The notes beneath the pieces are model-generated. The model searched no databases. It saw nothing but the letters and a program-made list of their open reading frames with translations, and was not told where the DNA came from. Source: an uncultured Verrucomicrobiota bacterium (lineage in GTDB: Bacteria; Verrucomicrobiota; Verrucomicrobiia; Limisphaerales; UBA8199). From it: a stretch of DNA of 64,000 bases. Positions 11,460 to 22,299 of this stretch are shown one piece after another. Within the stretch, counting starts at the first letter, position 1. Every line of letters starts with the position of its first letter. The DNA is taken from the NCBI GenBank assembly GCA_964625855.1, contig CAZVFC010000001.1, forward strand, positions 201,756 to 265,755, written 5' to 3'. The translations under genes and the position numbers were made by a program.

Positions 11460-14400
11460 ATGAAGACTCGCACACCACGCGTATATGTACTTCCGGCTTT
11501 GCTCGCCATGTTTGCCACCGAAGGCTTTGCCTTCATCCCGCCAGCACGCTCGCCGTTGCCCAATTTCGACAATCGCGTGAAAGCGGCTCAGTCCGAGGCG
11601 GCTCCCTCCTCCGAACGGCTGGCCGCCGCCGATAAGTTGCGCTCCCGCCTGCCCCAGGCGCGCGTTGATTTCGACACCGTAACCGGCGCCCCTAAACTGG
11701 TTTCCGCCGGAGAAGGGTTCTTGAGCGATGCAAACGGAGCCGGGAGAGGCATCGCGGCTGCGACGGTCGCCACCTTTGCGGCCGATGATCCCCATCGCGC
11801 AACCAAAGCGTTCCTCCGCGAATACAGCACGCTCTTTGGGCACGGACCGGAGGCGCTGGAGTCAGCCCGGGTGGCACGTGAGTTTACCACGCCCCACAGC
11901 GGATTGAGAACCGTGGTCTGGGAACAGCAGGTGGAGGAAGTCCCGGTCTTCGAGGCGGTGCTCATCTCCCATACCACCCGCCAGGGGGAGCTGGTAAATC
12001 TCTCCAGCCAGTTTCTGCCCGACCCGCCCACGGCGGCGGAGCGGGGCGTGCCCAATCACGTGGCGCAAATGGCGGCGCCTGAGGTTTCCGCTCGCCAAGC
12101 CGTGGCTCTGGCGGCGCGGAATCTGGGCGAGGACCTTCAGGAGGAAGGGATCAGTCCGGTTGAACCGGACTCCCAGGGAGCAGCGCCCAGTGGTCCGGAG
12201 CGGCGGCAGGAATTCAAAGGAGAGGGGCTTATGGGCACGGCCTCAGCCAGGCTGGTTTGGCTGCCGCGCAGCCGCGACCAGTTGGCGCTGTGCTGGGACG
12301 TAATCCTCACGAGCCGGTCGCGCCAGGAGATGTACCGCGAACTGGTGGATGTCCAGACCGGCGAGGTTTTGCTCCGGCGCTGCCTGACCGACTACCTCAC
12401 CGACGCTACCTACCGCGTGTTTACGAGCGACAGCCCCACGCCGTTTTCGCCCGGGCATTCCACGCCCAGTTCCAGCCAGCCGCCAGTGGTGGACCGCACG
12501 CTGCTGACCTTCAGCGCCCTGAACACCAACGCCTCGCCGAATGGCTGGATTGACGATGGGGTCAACGAGACGCGGGGCAATAACGTGGACGCCCACACCG
12601 ACCGCAACAATGATGACCAGCCAGACCTGCCGCGCCCACAAGGCTCACCCTTCCACGTCTTCGATGCTGCCCTGGACTTGACCCAGTCGCCCACCACCTA
12701 CAGCGATGCAGCGGTGGTGCAGTTGTTCTTCTGGAACAACTTCATGCACGATAAGCTCTATGAGTTGGGCTTCACGGAGGCGGCAGGCAACTTCCAAGGC
12801 ACCAATTTCGGGCGCGGCGGCCAAGGCAACGACGCCGTCCAGGCCGACGCCCAGGATGGCGGCGGTTATAACAACGCGAACTTCTCGACCCCACCGGACG
12901 GCTCGCCGGGTCGGATGCAGATGTACATCTTCAACGGGCCGACGCCGGACCGGGATGGAGACCTCGACGCCGAGGTCGTTCTGCACGAATATACTCATGG
13001 CCTAAGCAACCGGCGCGTGGGCGGCGGCGTGGGCATGAGCACCCTGCAGTCCAGAGGTCTGGGTGAGGGCTGGTCGGACTTCTATCCCCTGGCCCTGCTG
13101 AGCGAGCCGGGCGACGACCTGAACGGAGTCTATTCCACCGGCGGATACTTGACCTACCAATTGGGCGGCCTGACGGAGAACTACTATTACGGCATCCGGC
13201 GCTACCCTTACTGCACGGACCTGAGCAAGAACCCGCTCACGTTCAAGGACATTGACCCGGCCCAGGCCAGCAGCCATTCGGGCGTGCCGCGGAGCCCAAT
13301 CATCGGGGGTGCCGCCAGTGAAGAGCACAACATGGGTGAGGTCTGGTGCATGGTACTGTGGGAAGCGCGGGCGAACCTGATTGCCAAGCACGGCTGGGCC
13401 ATCGGTAACCAACTCGTTCTGCAACTCGTCACTGACGGCATGAACCTCTCCCCGCCAAACCCCAACTTCCTCCAGGCGCGCGACGCTATCCTGCAGGCCG
13501 ATCAGGTAGCCAACGGCGGAGCCAACCGGGCCGAGCTTTGGGCGGCCTTCGCCAAGCGCGGCATGGGGTACGGCGCCACCTCCCCCTCCAGTTCAACCAC
13601 CGTTGGCCTGCACGAAGCGTATGACGTGCCGGACGCGTTGGTGATCCTCCCTGCCCTGCTCTCGGCCAGCGGCCCGGTCGGCGGGCCGTTCACCCCCAAT
13701 CCGGCCTGGTTCACCCTAACCAACAGCGGCAGCAATGCGCTCAGTTGGACGCTGGCCAACACCTCGGTCTGGGTAACCGTTGCTCCCACCGGCGGGGCGC
13801 TGGAAGTGGGAATGGCAACCAACGTAGCAGTGACGGTCACCCCCGCCGCGAATAGTTGCGCTCCCGGGATCTACAGCGCTGGTTTCTGGTTCACCAATCA
13901 AACCAGCGGTGTAGTCCAGCCCGGCACCTTCGCCCTCGCGGTGGTGGGCCGGCACATGTTCGACGACTTTGATCCCGGCCTGGACGTCTCCCAATGGTCG
14001 AGTCTTGGCGGCACAATGGGCAGCACGGTGCTGGCCAACAACTACGGCGGTAGCGTCTCAGCCCCAAACTCTCTCTGGTTTGGGGATGGAGGGGTCCGCT
14101 ACGCCACCACGTTGCCCATCAACACCACCAGCGGCGGCACGATCAGTTTCTCGCTTCGCTTGGCGGGCGGGTCAGTTTGGCCGTGGGAACTGGTGGACCT
14201 GCCCGGTGAAGGGGTGGTGCTGGAGTGCTCGACTAACAGCGGCACGAGCTGGACGGTCCTCGGTACGTATAGCACCCTGGCCTATTACGATTGGACCGCC
14301 GTGACCCTCTCAATACCTCCTGTGGCCCAGGCCCCGGCTGCGTTGTTCCGCTGGCGGCAAATGAGCCACAACGGCGCCAGCTTCGACCATTGGGCGTTGG

Positions 14401-17400
14401 ACGACGTCTTCGTTCTCGCTGAGGACATGGCCCCGCTGATCAGCACCCAACCGCAAAGCCAGACCGTGCCTGCCGGAGACCCTCTAACGCTGAGCGTCGT
14501 AGCGTTTGGCACGCAGCCGCTGAACTATCAGTGGCTGCTGAACGGCACCAACCTCGACGGCGGCACGGGGAGTTCGCTTTCCTGGTCGGGCGTCCAGATG
14601 GCCGACGCGGGCACTTACTCAGTCTTACTTTCCAACCGTATCAGCACCACCATGAGTTCAAATGCTCTGGTGACCATCTATGTGCCGCTTTGTGTATCAG
14701 CACCGTCTGGTCTCGTCAGTTGGTGGGCAGCCGAAGGTAATGCCTCAGACGTATTTGGGACCAACAACGGTGTCCTTCAGAATGGAGCCGGGTTCGCGAG
14801 CGGCAGAGCAGCACAAGGTTTCGATCTCACTGCGGCAACCAGCTATGTCGAGGCACATGCCAGCCCAAGCTGGGCCTTGGGAACAAATGAGTTCTCGATT
14901 GAGCTTTGGGTGAAGTTTGTCTCGCTGGGAGGCAGCCGGGTATTTGTCGCGCATGACCAAGGTCCATACAATGCGAACAAGTGGATTTTCTGGCTGAACG
15001 ATGGGCAACTGCAGTTGCACCTTAATAGCCCAAGCTTGGGCCCGACTTACATTGGGTCCGGCTCCTTTGCCCCCGTGTCAAACCGCTGGTATCACGTGGC
15101 CATTACTCGTAGCGGACCACTCTTCTCGTTCTACCTCGACGGCGCCCTGAACTCGACCGCTACGAGCAGCGTCTCGATTCCCGACGCCAATGTACCGCTG
15201 ACCATAGGACAGGCAGAGAACTTGGCCTACCTAGGGGGATTTGCAGACGAAATTGCCATTTACAGCCGTGCACTGGGTGCCAGCGAAATTCGAGACATTT
15301 ACATGGCGGCCAGTGCGGGCAAGTGCCAGCCCACAAATGCCCCGTCCATCCTGGCGCAGCCGCAGAGTCAGACAGTTTTCGTTGGAACTGATGTGCGCCT
15401 CAGCGTGGAAGCCGCAGGCACTCGTCCCTTGAGCTACCAATGGACTTTCAACGGAACGAACTTGAGCGGTGCCATTAGCTCGGTGCTGGACCTTGCCAGT
15501 GTCCAACTGTCTGATAGCGGGAGTTACGCGGCGGTGGTCACTAATGCCTATGGCTCGATCACAAGCTCCAACGCGGTCCTGGTGGTCAACCAGGCTCCGC
15601 CCTGCGCCAGCCCACCCTCTGGGCTTGTCAGTTGGTGGGCGGCCGAGGGAGATGCCCTGGATTCGGCCGGAACCAACCATGGCGTTCTTCAGAACGGGGC
15701 TGGCTATTCCAATGGCGAGGTTGGCCAAGCTTTAGACTTCACCGGTGGCACCGGTTACGCTCAGGTAGCTGCCAGTCCGAAATGGGCCTTCGGGACAAGT
15801 GACTTCTCAATCGAGCTGTGGGTGAAGTTTGCGTCGCTGGGTGGAAGCCGCGTCTTCGTTGCAAGCGACCAAGGCGGGGGCAATTTAAACAAATGGATTT
15901 TTTGGTTGAATGCAGGCCAGCTACAGCTGCACCTCAATGGCCCTGCTGTAGGTCCAACTTACCTCGGGTCGGGTGCCTTCAATCCCGTGTCGAACCGCTG
16001 GTATCACGTCGCCGTTACACGGAGCGGATCACTCTTTTCGTTTTACCTCGACGGCTCGCTGAATTCCACCGCGACGAGCACTGTGGCGGTGCCTAACGCC
16101 AACGCGCCGCTGACCATTGGCCAAGCGGAGAGTCTTGCCTACCTCGCAGGTTATGAGGACGAGATTTCTATCTACAATCGCGCGCTGACTGCCGGCGAAG
16201 TTCAATCCATTTACAACGCGGGCAGCTCAGGCAAATGCCAGTTGACAAATCCGCCTTCGATTTTAACTCAGCCACAGGGACGGACGGTGTTCGCGGGAGC
16301 CGGTGTGACTCTTAGCGTGACAGCGGCGGGCCACCGCCCACTAAGCTACCAGTGGACCTTCAACGGGACGAATCTGACGTGGGCTGTCGGCGCTGCCTTG
16401 AGCTTCACGAACGCGCAGCTTTCTGACAGCGGCAGCTATGCAGTGATAGTTGCCAATGCTTACGGCTCGGTGACCAGTTCTCCCGCAGTGTTGGTGGTTA
16501 ATCCTGCTCCGCCCTGTGCCGCTCCACCTTCCGGCCTCATCAGTTGGTGGCCAGGCGAGGGCACTGCTAATGATACGGTGAGCACTAAGAACGGGACGCT
16601 GCAAGGGGGGGCAACCTTTGCCTCTGGCGAGGTGGGGCTCGCTTTCGCTTTCGGCACTTCGGGGAGTTATGTGCACGTTCCCGACAGCGATCTCTGGGCA
16701 TTCGGCACCAGCAGCTTCGCCATCGAGCTGTGGGCCAATTTCAATGCGATCCCCGGCTCGCCTTACAGTGAGCCTCGGGGCGGCACGCTTGTCGCCAACG
16801 ACGAGGGGCCATATAACGTGAAGAAGTGGTGGTTTGCCCTGGGGGGAGGGCTGCTAACCTTCCATATCAATTCCCCTGGGCTGGGATCGGTCTTCTTGGT
16901 TCGCGCCCCGTTTACACCGGTCACGAACCAGTGGTATCACCTGGCTGTCGTGCGCAGTGGTAGTGTCTTCACGATGTTTCGCGATGGGGTTGCGATCGGT
17001 TCAGAGACAAATAGTATGGCCATACCCAACCCAAGCGCACCTCTAACCATCGGTCGAGCAGAGGATTTCTACTTCAACGGCCGACTTGACGAAGTTAGCG
17101 TATACAACCGTGCGCTCTCCGCGGGTGAGGTCGCGGCCATATATAGCGCTCGCAGTTCGGGCAAGTGCGGCCTTATGCCCGCCCTTCAGACGCCGCCGTC
17201 CAACCAGACCGTGGAGTGTTCGAGTAACGCCAACTTCTCGGTCACTGCCACCGGGTTGCCACCCTTGGCGTATCAGTGGTTCTTTGGCACGAGCGCTCTC
17301 CCCGGGGCGACCAACACGCAGCTCACCCTGACCAATGTCGGCTTCGCCCAGGCTGGAGCTTATTCCGTCCTCATCACCAACATTTTCGGCAGTGTAACCA

Positions 17401-18653
17401 GCGGGCCGGCGCTGTTAACCGTCGTGGATACTGTTCCGCCAACGATCACTGCCTGTGCTCCCAGCCGCACGCTTTCCGCCGTCACCGAATGCGTCGCTGT
17501 GCTGCCGGACCTCACCGACGAGGTAGTGGCGTGGGATGGCTCTGGTCCGGTAAGCATAATCCAGACTCCACCGGGCGGCACGCTGCTGAGTCTGGGGGTG
17601 ACCAATGTCGTCTTTAGCGTGCGCGACTTCTCCGGCAACGCCGCCTCCTGCTCTTGCACCACCACCGTCGCTGACCTAACGCCCCCGACTATCCTAACCT
17701 CCGTGAGTGAGGTGACGGTGCTGTTTGACGCCGATTGCCAAGCGTTACTGCCTGACCTGACAGGCACTAACTACATTACTGCCAGCGACAATTGCAGCTC
17801 GGTGACCGTGGCGCAGACGCCCTCGGCGCAGACGGTTCTTGCCACCGGCACCAACACGGTCGTTTTGACGGTGTCGGACAACGCGACTAACCAAAGCGCT
17901 CGCGCAGTGGCTGTCGTCGTCCCGGGGGAACCGCATATATCCATGCCGCCCACCAATCTCAGCGCGATCCTCACCAGCAACGCGACCTTAATCGTAACGG
18001 CCTGCGGCGCCAGCCCGCTCACTTATCAGTGGCAACACGCCGGCACGAATCTGACAGACGCCACTAACTGCGTCTTGACGCTCAGCAACGTCAAAACCAA
18101 CGATGCAGGGGACTACTTGGTAGTCGTTGCGAACCCGGCTGGCTCCATTACCAGTTTGGTGGCCACCTTGACCGTGCTGCGGCCGCCCGTTATTACCCGC
18201 CAACCCAAGGGTTTGGCAGCCGCCCCAGGGGGCTCGGCCAGTTTCTCCGTCTCAGTGCAAGGGCTCACACCTCTCTCCTTCCAGTGGCAGAGAAACGGCG
18301 AGGCTCTAGCGGGGCAGACAAAGGCCTTGTTAGCCATTACGAACGTCCAGTCGCCAGATTTCGCTACCTATACAGTTGGGATTAGCAACGCGGATGGAGC
18401 AGTTCTGAGCGACACCGCGATCCTAACCCTGGCGGTTTCACCGGTCATCACCTCCGTCGGCTATAACCTCGAAACCTTCATGCTCACCGTTCCCACTGAA
18501 GTGGGGCCGACCTATGTCATAGAGTACAAAGACACCCTTGACGGAGCCTCGTGGGATGAACTGACCGCTGTGGCCGGAACCGGCTTCCCCATACCCATAA
18601 CAGACAACGGGCTGGCCACCACCACACGGTTTTACCGCGTTCGCGTTCGCTGA
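11460..18653 (+). CDS. Giant secreted multidomain protein: M36 (fungalysin-like) metalloprotease followed by Ig-like, LamG/concanavalin-like and HYR-like modules and a terminal beta-domain
   Basis: 2397-aa ORF with a signal peptide (VLPALLAMFATEGFA). It has the zinc motif HEYTHGLSNR plus GEGWSDF, typical of M36. Repeated modules follow: QPQSQTV...YQW..NGTNL...D.G.Y (Ig I-set-like), W..EG...D (LamG-type) and TPPTI...C (HYR-like). Confidence 0.9.
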   Translation: MKTRTPRVYVLPALLAMFATEGFAFIPPARSPLPNFDNRVKAAQSEAAPSSERLAAADKLRSRLPQARVDFDTVTGAPKLVSAGEGFLSDANGAGRGIAAATVATFAADDPHRATKAFLREYSTLFGHGPEALESARVAREFTTPHSGLRTVVWEQQVEEVPVFEAVLISHTTRQGELVNLSSQFLPDPPTAAERGVPNHVAQMAAPEVSARQAVALAARNLGEDLQEEGISPVEPDSQGAAPSGPERRQEFKGEGLMGTASARLVWLPRSRDQLALCWDVILTSRSRQEMYRELVDVQTGEVLLRRCLTDYLTDATYRVFTSDSPTPFSPGHSTPSSSQPPVVDRTLLTFSALNTNASPNGWIDDGVNETRGNNVDAHTDRNNDDQPDLPRPQGSPFHVFDAALDLTQSPTTYSDAAVVQLFFWNNFMHDKLYELGFTEAAGNFQGTNFGRGGQGNDAVQADAQDGGGYNNANFSTPPDGSPGRMQMYIFNGPTPDRDGDLDAEVVLHEYTHGLSNRRVGGGVGMSTLQSRGLGEGWSDFYPLALLSEPGDDLNGVYSTGGYLTYQLGGLTENYYYGIRRYPYCTDLSKNPLTFKDIDPAQASSHSGVPRSPIIGGAASEEHNMGEVWCMVLWEARANLIAKHGWAIGNQLVLQLVTDGMNLSPPNPNFLQARDAILQADQVANGGANRAELWAAFAKRGMGYGATSPSSSTTVGLHEAYDVPDALVILPALLSASGPVGGPFTPNPAWFTLTNSGSNALSWTLANTSVWVTVAPTGGALEVGMATNVAVTVTPAANSCAPGIYSAGFWFTNQTSGVVQPGTFALAVVGRHMFDDFDPGLDVSQWSSLGGTMGSTVLANNYGGSVSAPNSLWFGDGGVRYATTLPINTTSGGTISFSLRLAGGSVWPWELVDLPGEGVVLECSTNSGTSWTVLGTYSTLAYYDWTAVTLSIPPVAQAPAALFRWRQMSHNGASFDHWALDDVFVLAEDMAPLISTQPQSQTVPAGDPLTLSVVAFGTQPLNYQWLLNGTNLDGGTGSSLSWSGVQMADAGTYSVLLSNRISTTMSSNALVTIYVPLCVSAPSGLVSWWAAEGNASDVFGTNNGVLQNGAGFASGRAAQGFDLTAATSYVEAHASPSWALGTNEFSIELWVKFVSLGGSRVFVAHDQGPYNANKWIFWLNDGQLQLHLNSPSLGPTYIGSGSFAPVSNRWYHVAITRSGPLFSFYLDGALNSTATSSVSIPDANVPLTIGQAENLAYLGGFADEIAIYSRALGASEIRDIYMAASAGKCQPTNAPSILAQPQSQTVFVGTDVRLSVEAAGTRPLSYQWTFNGTNLSGAISSVLDLASVQLSDSGSYAAVVTNAYGSITSSNAVLVVNQAPPCASPPSGLVSWWAAEGDALDSAGTNHGVLQNGAGYSNGEVGQALDFTGGTGYAQVAASPKWAFGTSDFSIELWVKFASLGGSRVFVASDQGGGNLNKWIFWLNAGQLQLHLNGPAVGPTYLGSGAFNPVSNRWYHVAVTRSGSLFSFYLDGSLNSTATSTVAVPNANAPLTIGQAESLAYLAGYEDEISIYNRALTAGEVQSIYNAGSSGKCQLTNPPSILTQPQGRTVFAGAGVTLSVTAAGHRPLSYQWTFNGTNLTWAVGAALSFTNAQLSDSGSYAVIVANAYGSVTSSPAVLVVNPAPPCAAPPSGLISWWPGEGTANDTVSTKNGTLQGGATFASGEVGLAFAFGTSGSYVHVPDSDLWAFGTSSFAIELWANFNAIPGSPYSEPRGGTLVANDEGPYNVKKWWFALGGGLLTFHINSPGLGSVFLVRAPFTPVTNQWYHLAVVRSGSVFTMFRDGVAIGSETNSMAIPNPSAPLTIGRAEDFYFNGRLDEVSVYNRALSAGEVAAIYSARSSGKCGLMPALQTPPSNQTVECSSNANFSVTATGLPPLAYQWFFGTSALPGATNTQLTLTNVGFAQAGAYSVLITNIFGSVTSGPALLTVVDTVPPTITACAPSRTLSAVTECVAVLPDLTDEVVAWDGSGPVSIIQTPPGGTLLSLGVTNVVFSVRDFSGNAASCSCTTTVADLTPPTILTSVSEVTVLFDADCQALLPDLTGTNYITASDNCSSVTVAQTPSAQTVLATGTNTVVLTVSDNATNQSARAVAVVVPGEPHISMPPTNLSAILTSNATLIVTACGASPLTYQWQHAGTNLTDATNCVLTLSNVKTNDAGDYLVVVANPAGSITSLVATLTVLRPPVITRQPKGLAAAPGGSASFSVSVQGLTPLSFQWQRNGEALAGQTKALLAITNVQSPDFATYTVGISNADGAVLSDTAILTLAVSPVITSVGYNLETFMLTVPTEVGPTYVIEYKDTLDGASWDELTAVAGTGFPIPITDNGLATTTRFYRVRVR
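14427..17172 (+). repeat. Three tandem ~0.9-kb intragenic repeats (Ig-like plus LamG-like module each)
   Basis: Protein repeats start APLISTQPQSQTV / APSILAQPQSQTV / PPSILTQPQGRTV. Each ends in ...AGKCQ / ...SGKCQ / ...SGKCG, with nucleotide boundaries near 15329, 16241 and 17172. They are clearly homologous but diverged. Confidence 0.85.
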
Positions 18654-18718
18654 AGTGCGCTCACTCGACCGGCGCCCGCGCGACCGCTCCGAGCAATACC
18701 ACTAAAGGCAGCGCTAGA

Positions 18719-19051
18719 ATGAACCTACCCAGAGCTCTCACCCCGTTATTGGCCGCGTGTGTTTTCCTCGGATGCACCGTGACCCACCAGGACTCCAATA
18801 AGCAGCAGGGTGCACTCCTGGGCACCTGGTACATGGCTGGAGATTTCACCAAGCCGTGTCATGTATGGGTTTCACCTCAGGGCCTCCAAGTGCAAAACGA
18901 GTTCGGTCTCACTTCTCGACTGGTTTACAAGCCCCCTGGTTCCATCCTTGCTCTCGACTGGCCAGACGCACACCGAGCCGATCTCCGGGACGGAACAATG
19001 CTCTGGTGCAACGGCTCTTGGTGGTCGCGAGTGCCTTCCCAATGGGATTGA
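18719..19051 (+). CDS. Small putative lipoprotein
   Basis: 110-aa ORF with a lipobox-like LLAACVFLGC. There are no recognisable family motifs. Confidence 0.55.
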   Translation: MNLPRALTPLLAACVFLGCTVTHQDSNKQQGALLGTWYMAGDFTKPCHVWVSPQGLQVQNEFGLTSRLVYKPPGSILALDWPDAHRADLRDGTMLWCNGSWWSRVPSQWD

Positions 19052-19478
19052 ATTGCATGCGGTATTCTGTGTCGCTCGTATCGCTCTGATGACGCCCATT
19101 ACCGCCTGGGTGCCCTAATGGGTGACCCCTCCCCCAGCCATTAACTCGGCCGTGGTCATAAGTTGTCACCCCAAAGGCAAACTCGAGCCCGTTCCAGCCG
19201 TTTTGCGGCGAAGTCCCCGCAGGAGCTGTGTCCTTTGCGACCGGAGTTCCGCACACCGGGCAGGCACGGTCCGACCAAACCGGCGCATGGGGCTGCTGCA
19301 GGTCTGGGCCCGCGTGCGCACACCCTGCCTGGCGCCGCACAAATCGTGTCGAGCGGCACCCGCCCGCTCTCTAGGAACTCCACTTTAGCACATAGTTTGG
19401 CGAGGCAGAGGCCAGCTAATGCGGCAAGTTGTGTTTGACGCCCAAAGGATGCCGCTGGTAGTGTCCCCTTGATTCTGG

Positions 19479-19940
19479 ATGATATTCGAGTCGGAGAGCA
19501 CCAAGGCAACCGCCATTAGGCTGGGCGTCGCATTACTTATCGAAAATGCGGCAGGAGAACTTCTCCTGGATTTAAGACGAGATTGCGAGCTTTGGGGGCT
19601 GCCGGGTGGGCGGATTGAGATCGGCGAATCCGTGGAGCAGGCTGCTATTCGTGAGACCCGGGAAGAAACAGGGTTGGAGATTCGCGTAACAGCTCTGCAG
19701 GGCGTTTACAGCTTGCCCGCGGATCGGATAGTGCGTTTCAGGGATAATGGCGATATCCGGCATCTGGTTGATGTCGCCCTTACCGCCGAGATCATTGCGG
19801 GCCAACTCGCGTGCAGCGTTGAGAGCATCCGCATGGAGTTTTTTCCTCGGGGGAACCTGCCAACAAGCGAGAGTGTTGCTCCAGCGGCGCGACTGATCAT
19901 CCGCGATTACTTGGATAAGCTCAAAGGGACAATCCGGTAA
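19479..19940 (+). CDS. NUDIX hydrolase
   Basis: Nudix box GGRIEIGESVEQAAIRETREETGLE. Confidence 0.9.
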   Translation: MIFESESTKATAIRLGVALLIENAAGELLLDLRRDCELWGLPGGRIEIGESVEQAAIRETREETGLEIRVTALQGVYSLPADRIVRFRDNGDIRHLVDVALTAEIIAGQLACSVESIRMEFFPRGNLPTSESVAPAARLIIRDYLDKLKGTIR

Positions 19941-20135
19941 TTATCGGCTGCCGCTGCTTGCGCCCGCTGAAAGCGACAAATCCGCAGACATTCACTTGCA
20001 CAATGAATCCTGACCAGTGGCTGACCGCCGAGGGTACGGCAACCGCGCAGGTCAAGGGCGGCGCCTGGCAGCGACGTGATTAACTGCCTTGCGCAGGCAC
20101 CGGCGGCGCGCACCTCTCGAGAAACTCCCCACTGC

Positions 20136-21032
20136 TCAGGACTGATCGAGCTCCACTGACTTCCAGCCGTTGCCCACCTTACGCATAGCCCACAGCCCGT
20201 CCCAGCTCGATACCCTTTGGCGGAAGAACTCCCACACCGCCAGCGTCACGCCCGGATGGAAGCGCTCCTTGGACTTCGGGTCCAACGCGTAGTCGCAATG
20301 CAAATCCTCTCGAAGCCTTTCTGCATCCAGATCCTCGAACTGAAGATCAAGGTCATCGCCACAGAGCAAGCCCCCGTCACAAACCAAACGACCTGCGTTT
20401 TCTAGATCGCGCTTCACGGCGGCGTAGGAGTGGTCGCCATCAATAAAGACGAGGTGGAACCACCCGTCGCGCAGCATCGGGAGACAGCAGTCAGACGTGC
20501 CGCGAAACGGATGAACCGCAGCCGCATAGCCTGAGGCCCGCACATTGTGATAAAAGAGCCGCACAATAGCATCCCTCTTTGTTGCTGCCTCCATAGCTCG
20601 ATAAACCGGTGTCCGGTTCGCCGCGAGGTCCAGGTAGCTTGTCCAGGGATCTACGCAGACCACAGCACCAGCGTTCTGCTTAGAGTCTTTCAGGGCCTTC
20701 GCCCAAACAATCGCACTCCAGCCGGCCCACGCACCAACCTCCAATATCCTGGCGTTCCCCTCCTTCAGAGAGCACCCCTGGACAACTAACCGGCGCATGT
20801 TGCTTTCCCGAATTCGCTTGCGTTCCTCGTTGTGAACGCCGGCTGCCACCCCTTGCCCTGACGCGCAGAAGTGACCGAAGTAGGGTTCACCGCTCATGAT
20901 CCGGCAGCCGTATTGCACCCTGCCAATGGGGTAACCTAGGAACGGATCGAACCGCTCCACCGCAAAACGGATGCAAGCCTTAAAGCCTTTCTGCTTCGCA
21001 CGCTTCCAGTTCTTAATTAGACGTGAAACCAT
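20136..21032 (-). CDS. Class I SAM-dependent methyltransferase (O-methyltransferase/Methyltransf_24-like)
   Basis: 298-aa ORF with ILEVGAWAGWSAIVWA (motif I-like) and VFIDGDHSY, typical of this fold. Confidence 0.75.
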   Translation of the reverse strand: MVSRLIKNWKRAKQKGFKACIRFAVERFDPFLGYPIGRVQYGCRIMSGEPYFGHFCASGQGVAAGVHNEERKRIRESNMRRLVVQGCSLKEGNARILEVGAWAGWSAIVWAKALKDSKQNAGAVVCVDPWTSYLDLAANRTPVYRAMEAATKRDAIVRLFYHNVRASGYAAAVHPFRGTSDCCLPMLRDGWFHLVFIDGDHSYAAVKRDLENAGRLVCDGGLLCGDDLDLQFEDLDAERLREDLHCDYALDPKSKERFHPGVTLAVWEFFRQRVSSWDGLWAMRKVGNGWKSVELDQS

Positions 21033-21280
21033 GACTTACTGGGGACACGGACTTAACTTTCGAGTCGGGTTTTGATTCACTGCGATCAATTGTCATTGTG
21101 GTGAAAAACTACCTCGGCGTCAACCGCTATCCCGCCGCATCCGCCGCCGGCCCTTTCCGGCACCAGTGCTTGGACTGGTTCGAGACCCCTTAGCTCGCCA
21201 CTCTCGTTGCCGTGGATGATGCTGCATGTTCCGCCAGCGGCCCGCAGCCCATTTGCTCAAGCCAGAGCGCTTCCTAATGT

Positions 21281-22000
<720 letters not shown>

Positions 22001-22299
22001 GGGCCACCCTGTCTCAATTGTCAGCGTGGAACTTCCCCCCCCGACCCTGCTCCTGCAGGCAGGTCTCTCTCCAGGCGCCGGTAGCTCAAAGAATGTGCGT
22101 GGAACGTCGCCTTGGCGGTGGTCAGCAGAGAAACTCCCAAGAGGGCGCTGAAGGGATTCAGAAGGAATCCAGCGCGCGCGGCTTGCTCGGTGTAAAGCAA
22201 TTCTCATGGCAAAGCCTCCGTTGAGGCAAAGACATTATTTCTTACAATACGCCTCTGCTGGTAGGCTGCAAGCAGGATTGCGGGGTCTGTAAAATGCCT

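Noticed and set aside
19052-19478. A 430-bp non-coding gap, and the 635-bp gap at 23428-24062, examined for structured RNA genes (tmRNA, RNase P, SRP, 6S, riboswitch).
   Set aside because: I could not find the conserved cores I know for these RNAs, such as the GGTTCGA T-loop with CCA end, the RNase P GAGGAAAGTCC box or the SRP GGAAG loop. An unknown sRNA cannot be excluded without covariance-model searches (Rfam/Infernal).
10789-19940. Two NUDIX hydrolase genes flanking the giant protease gene, considered as a possible functional system.
   Set aside because: The two Nudix proteins are not similar beyond the Nudix box. There is no operon structure linking them to the giant gene, and Nudix genes are abundant. 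This is most simply coincidence.
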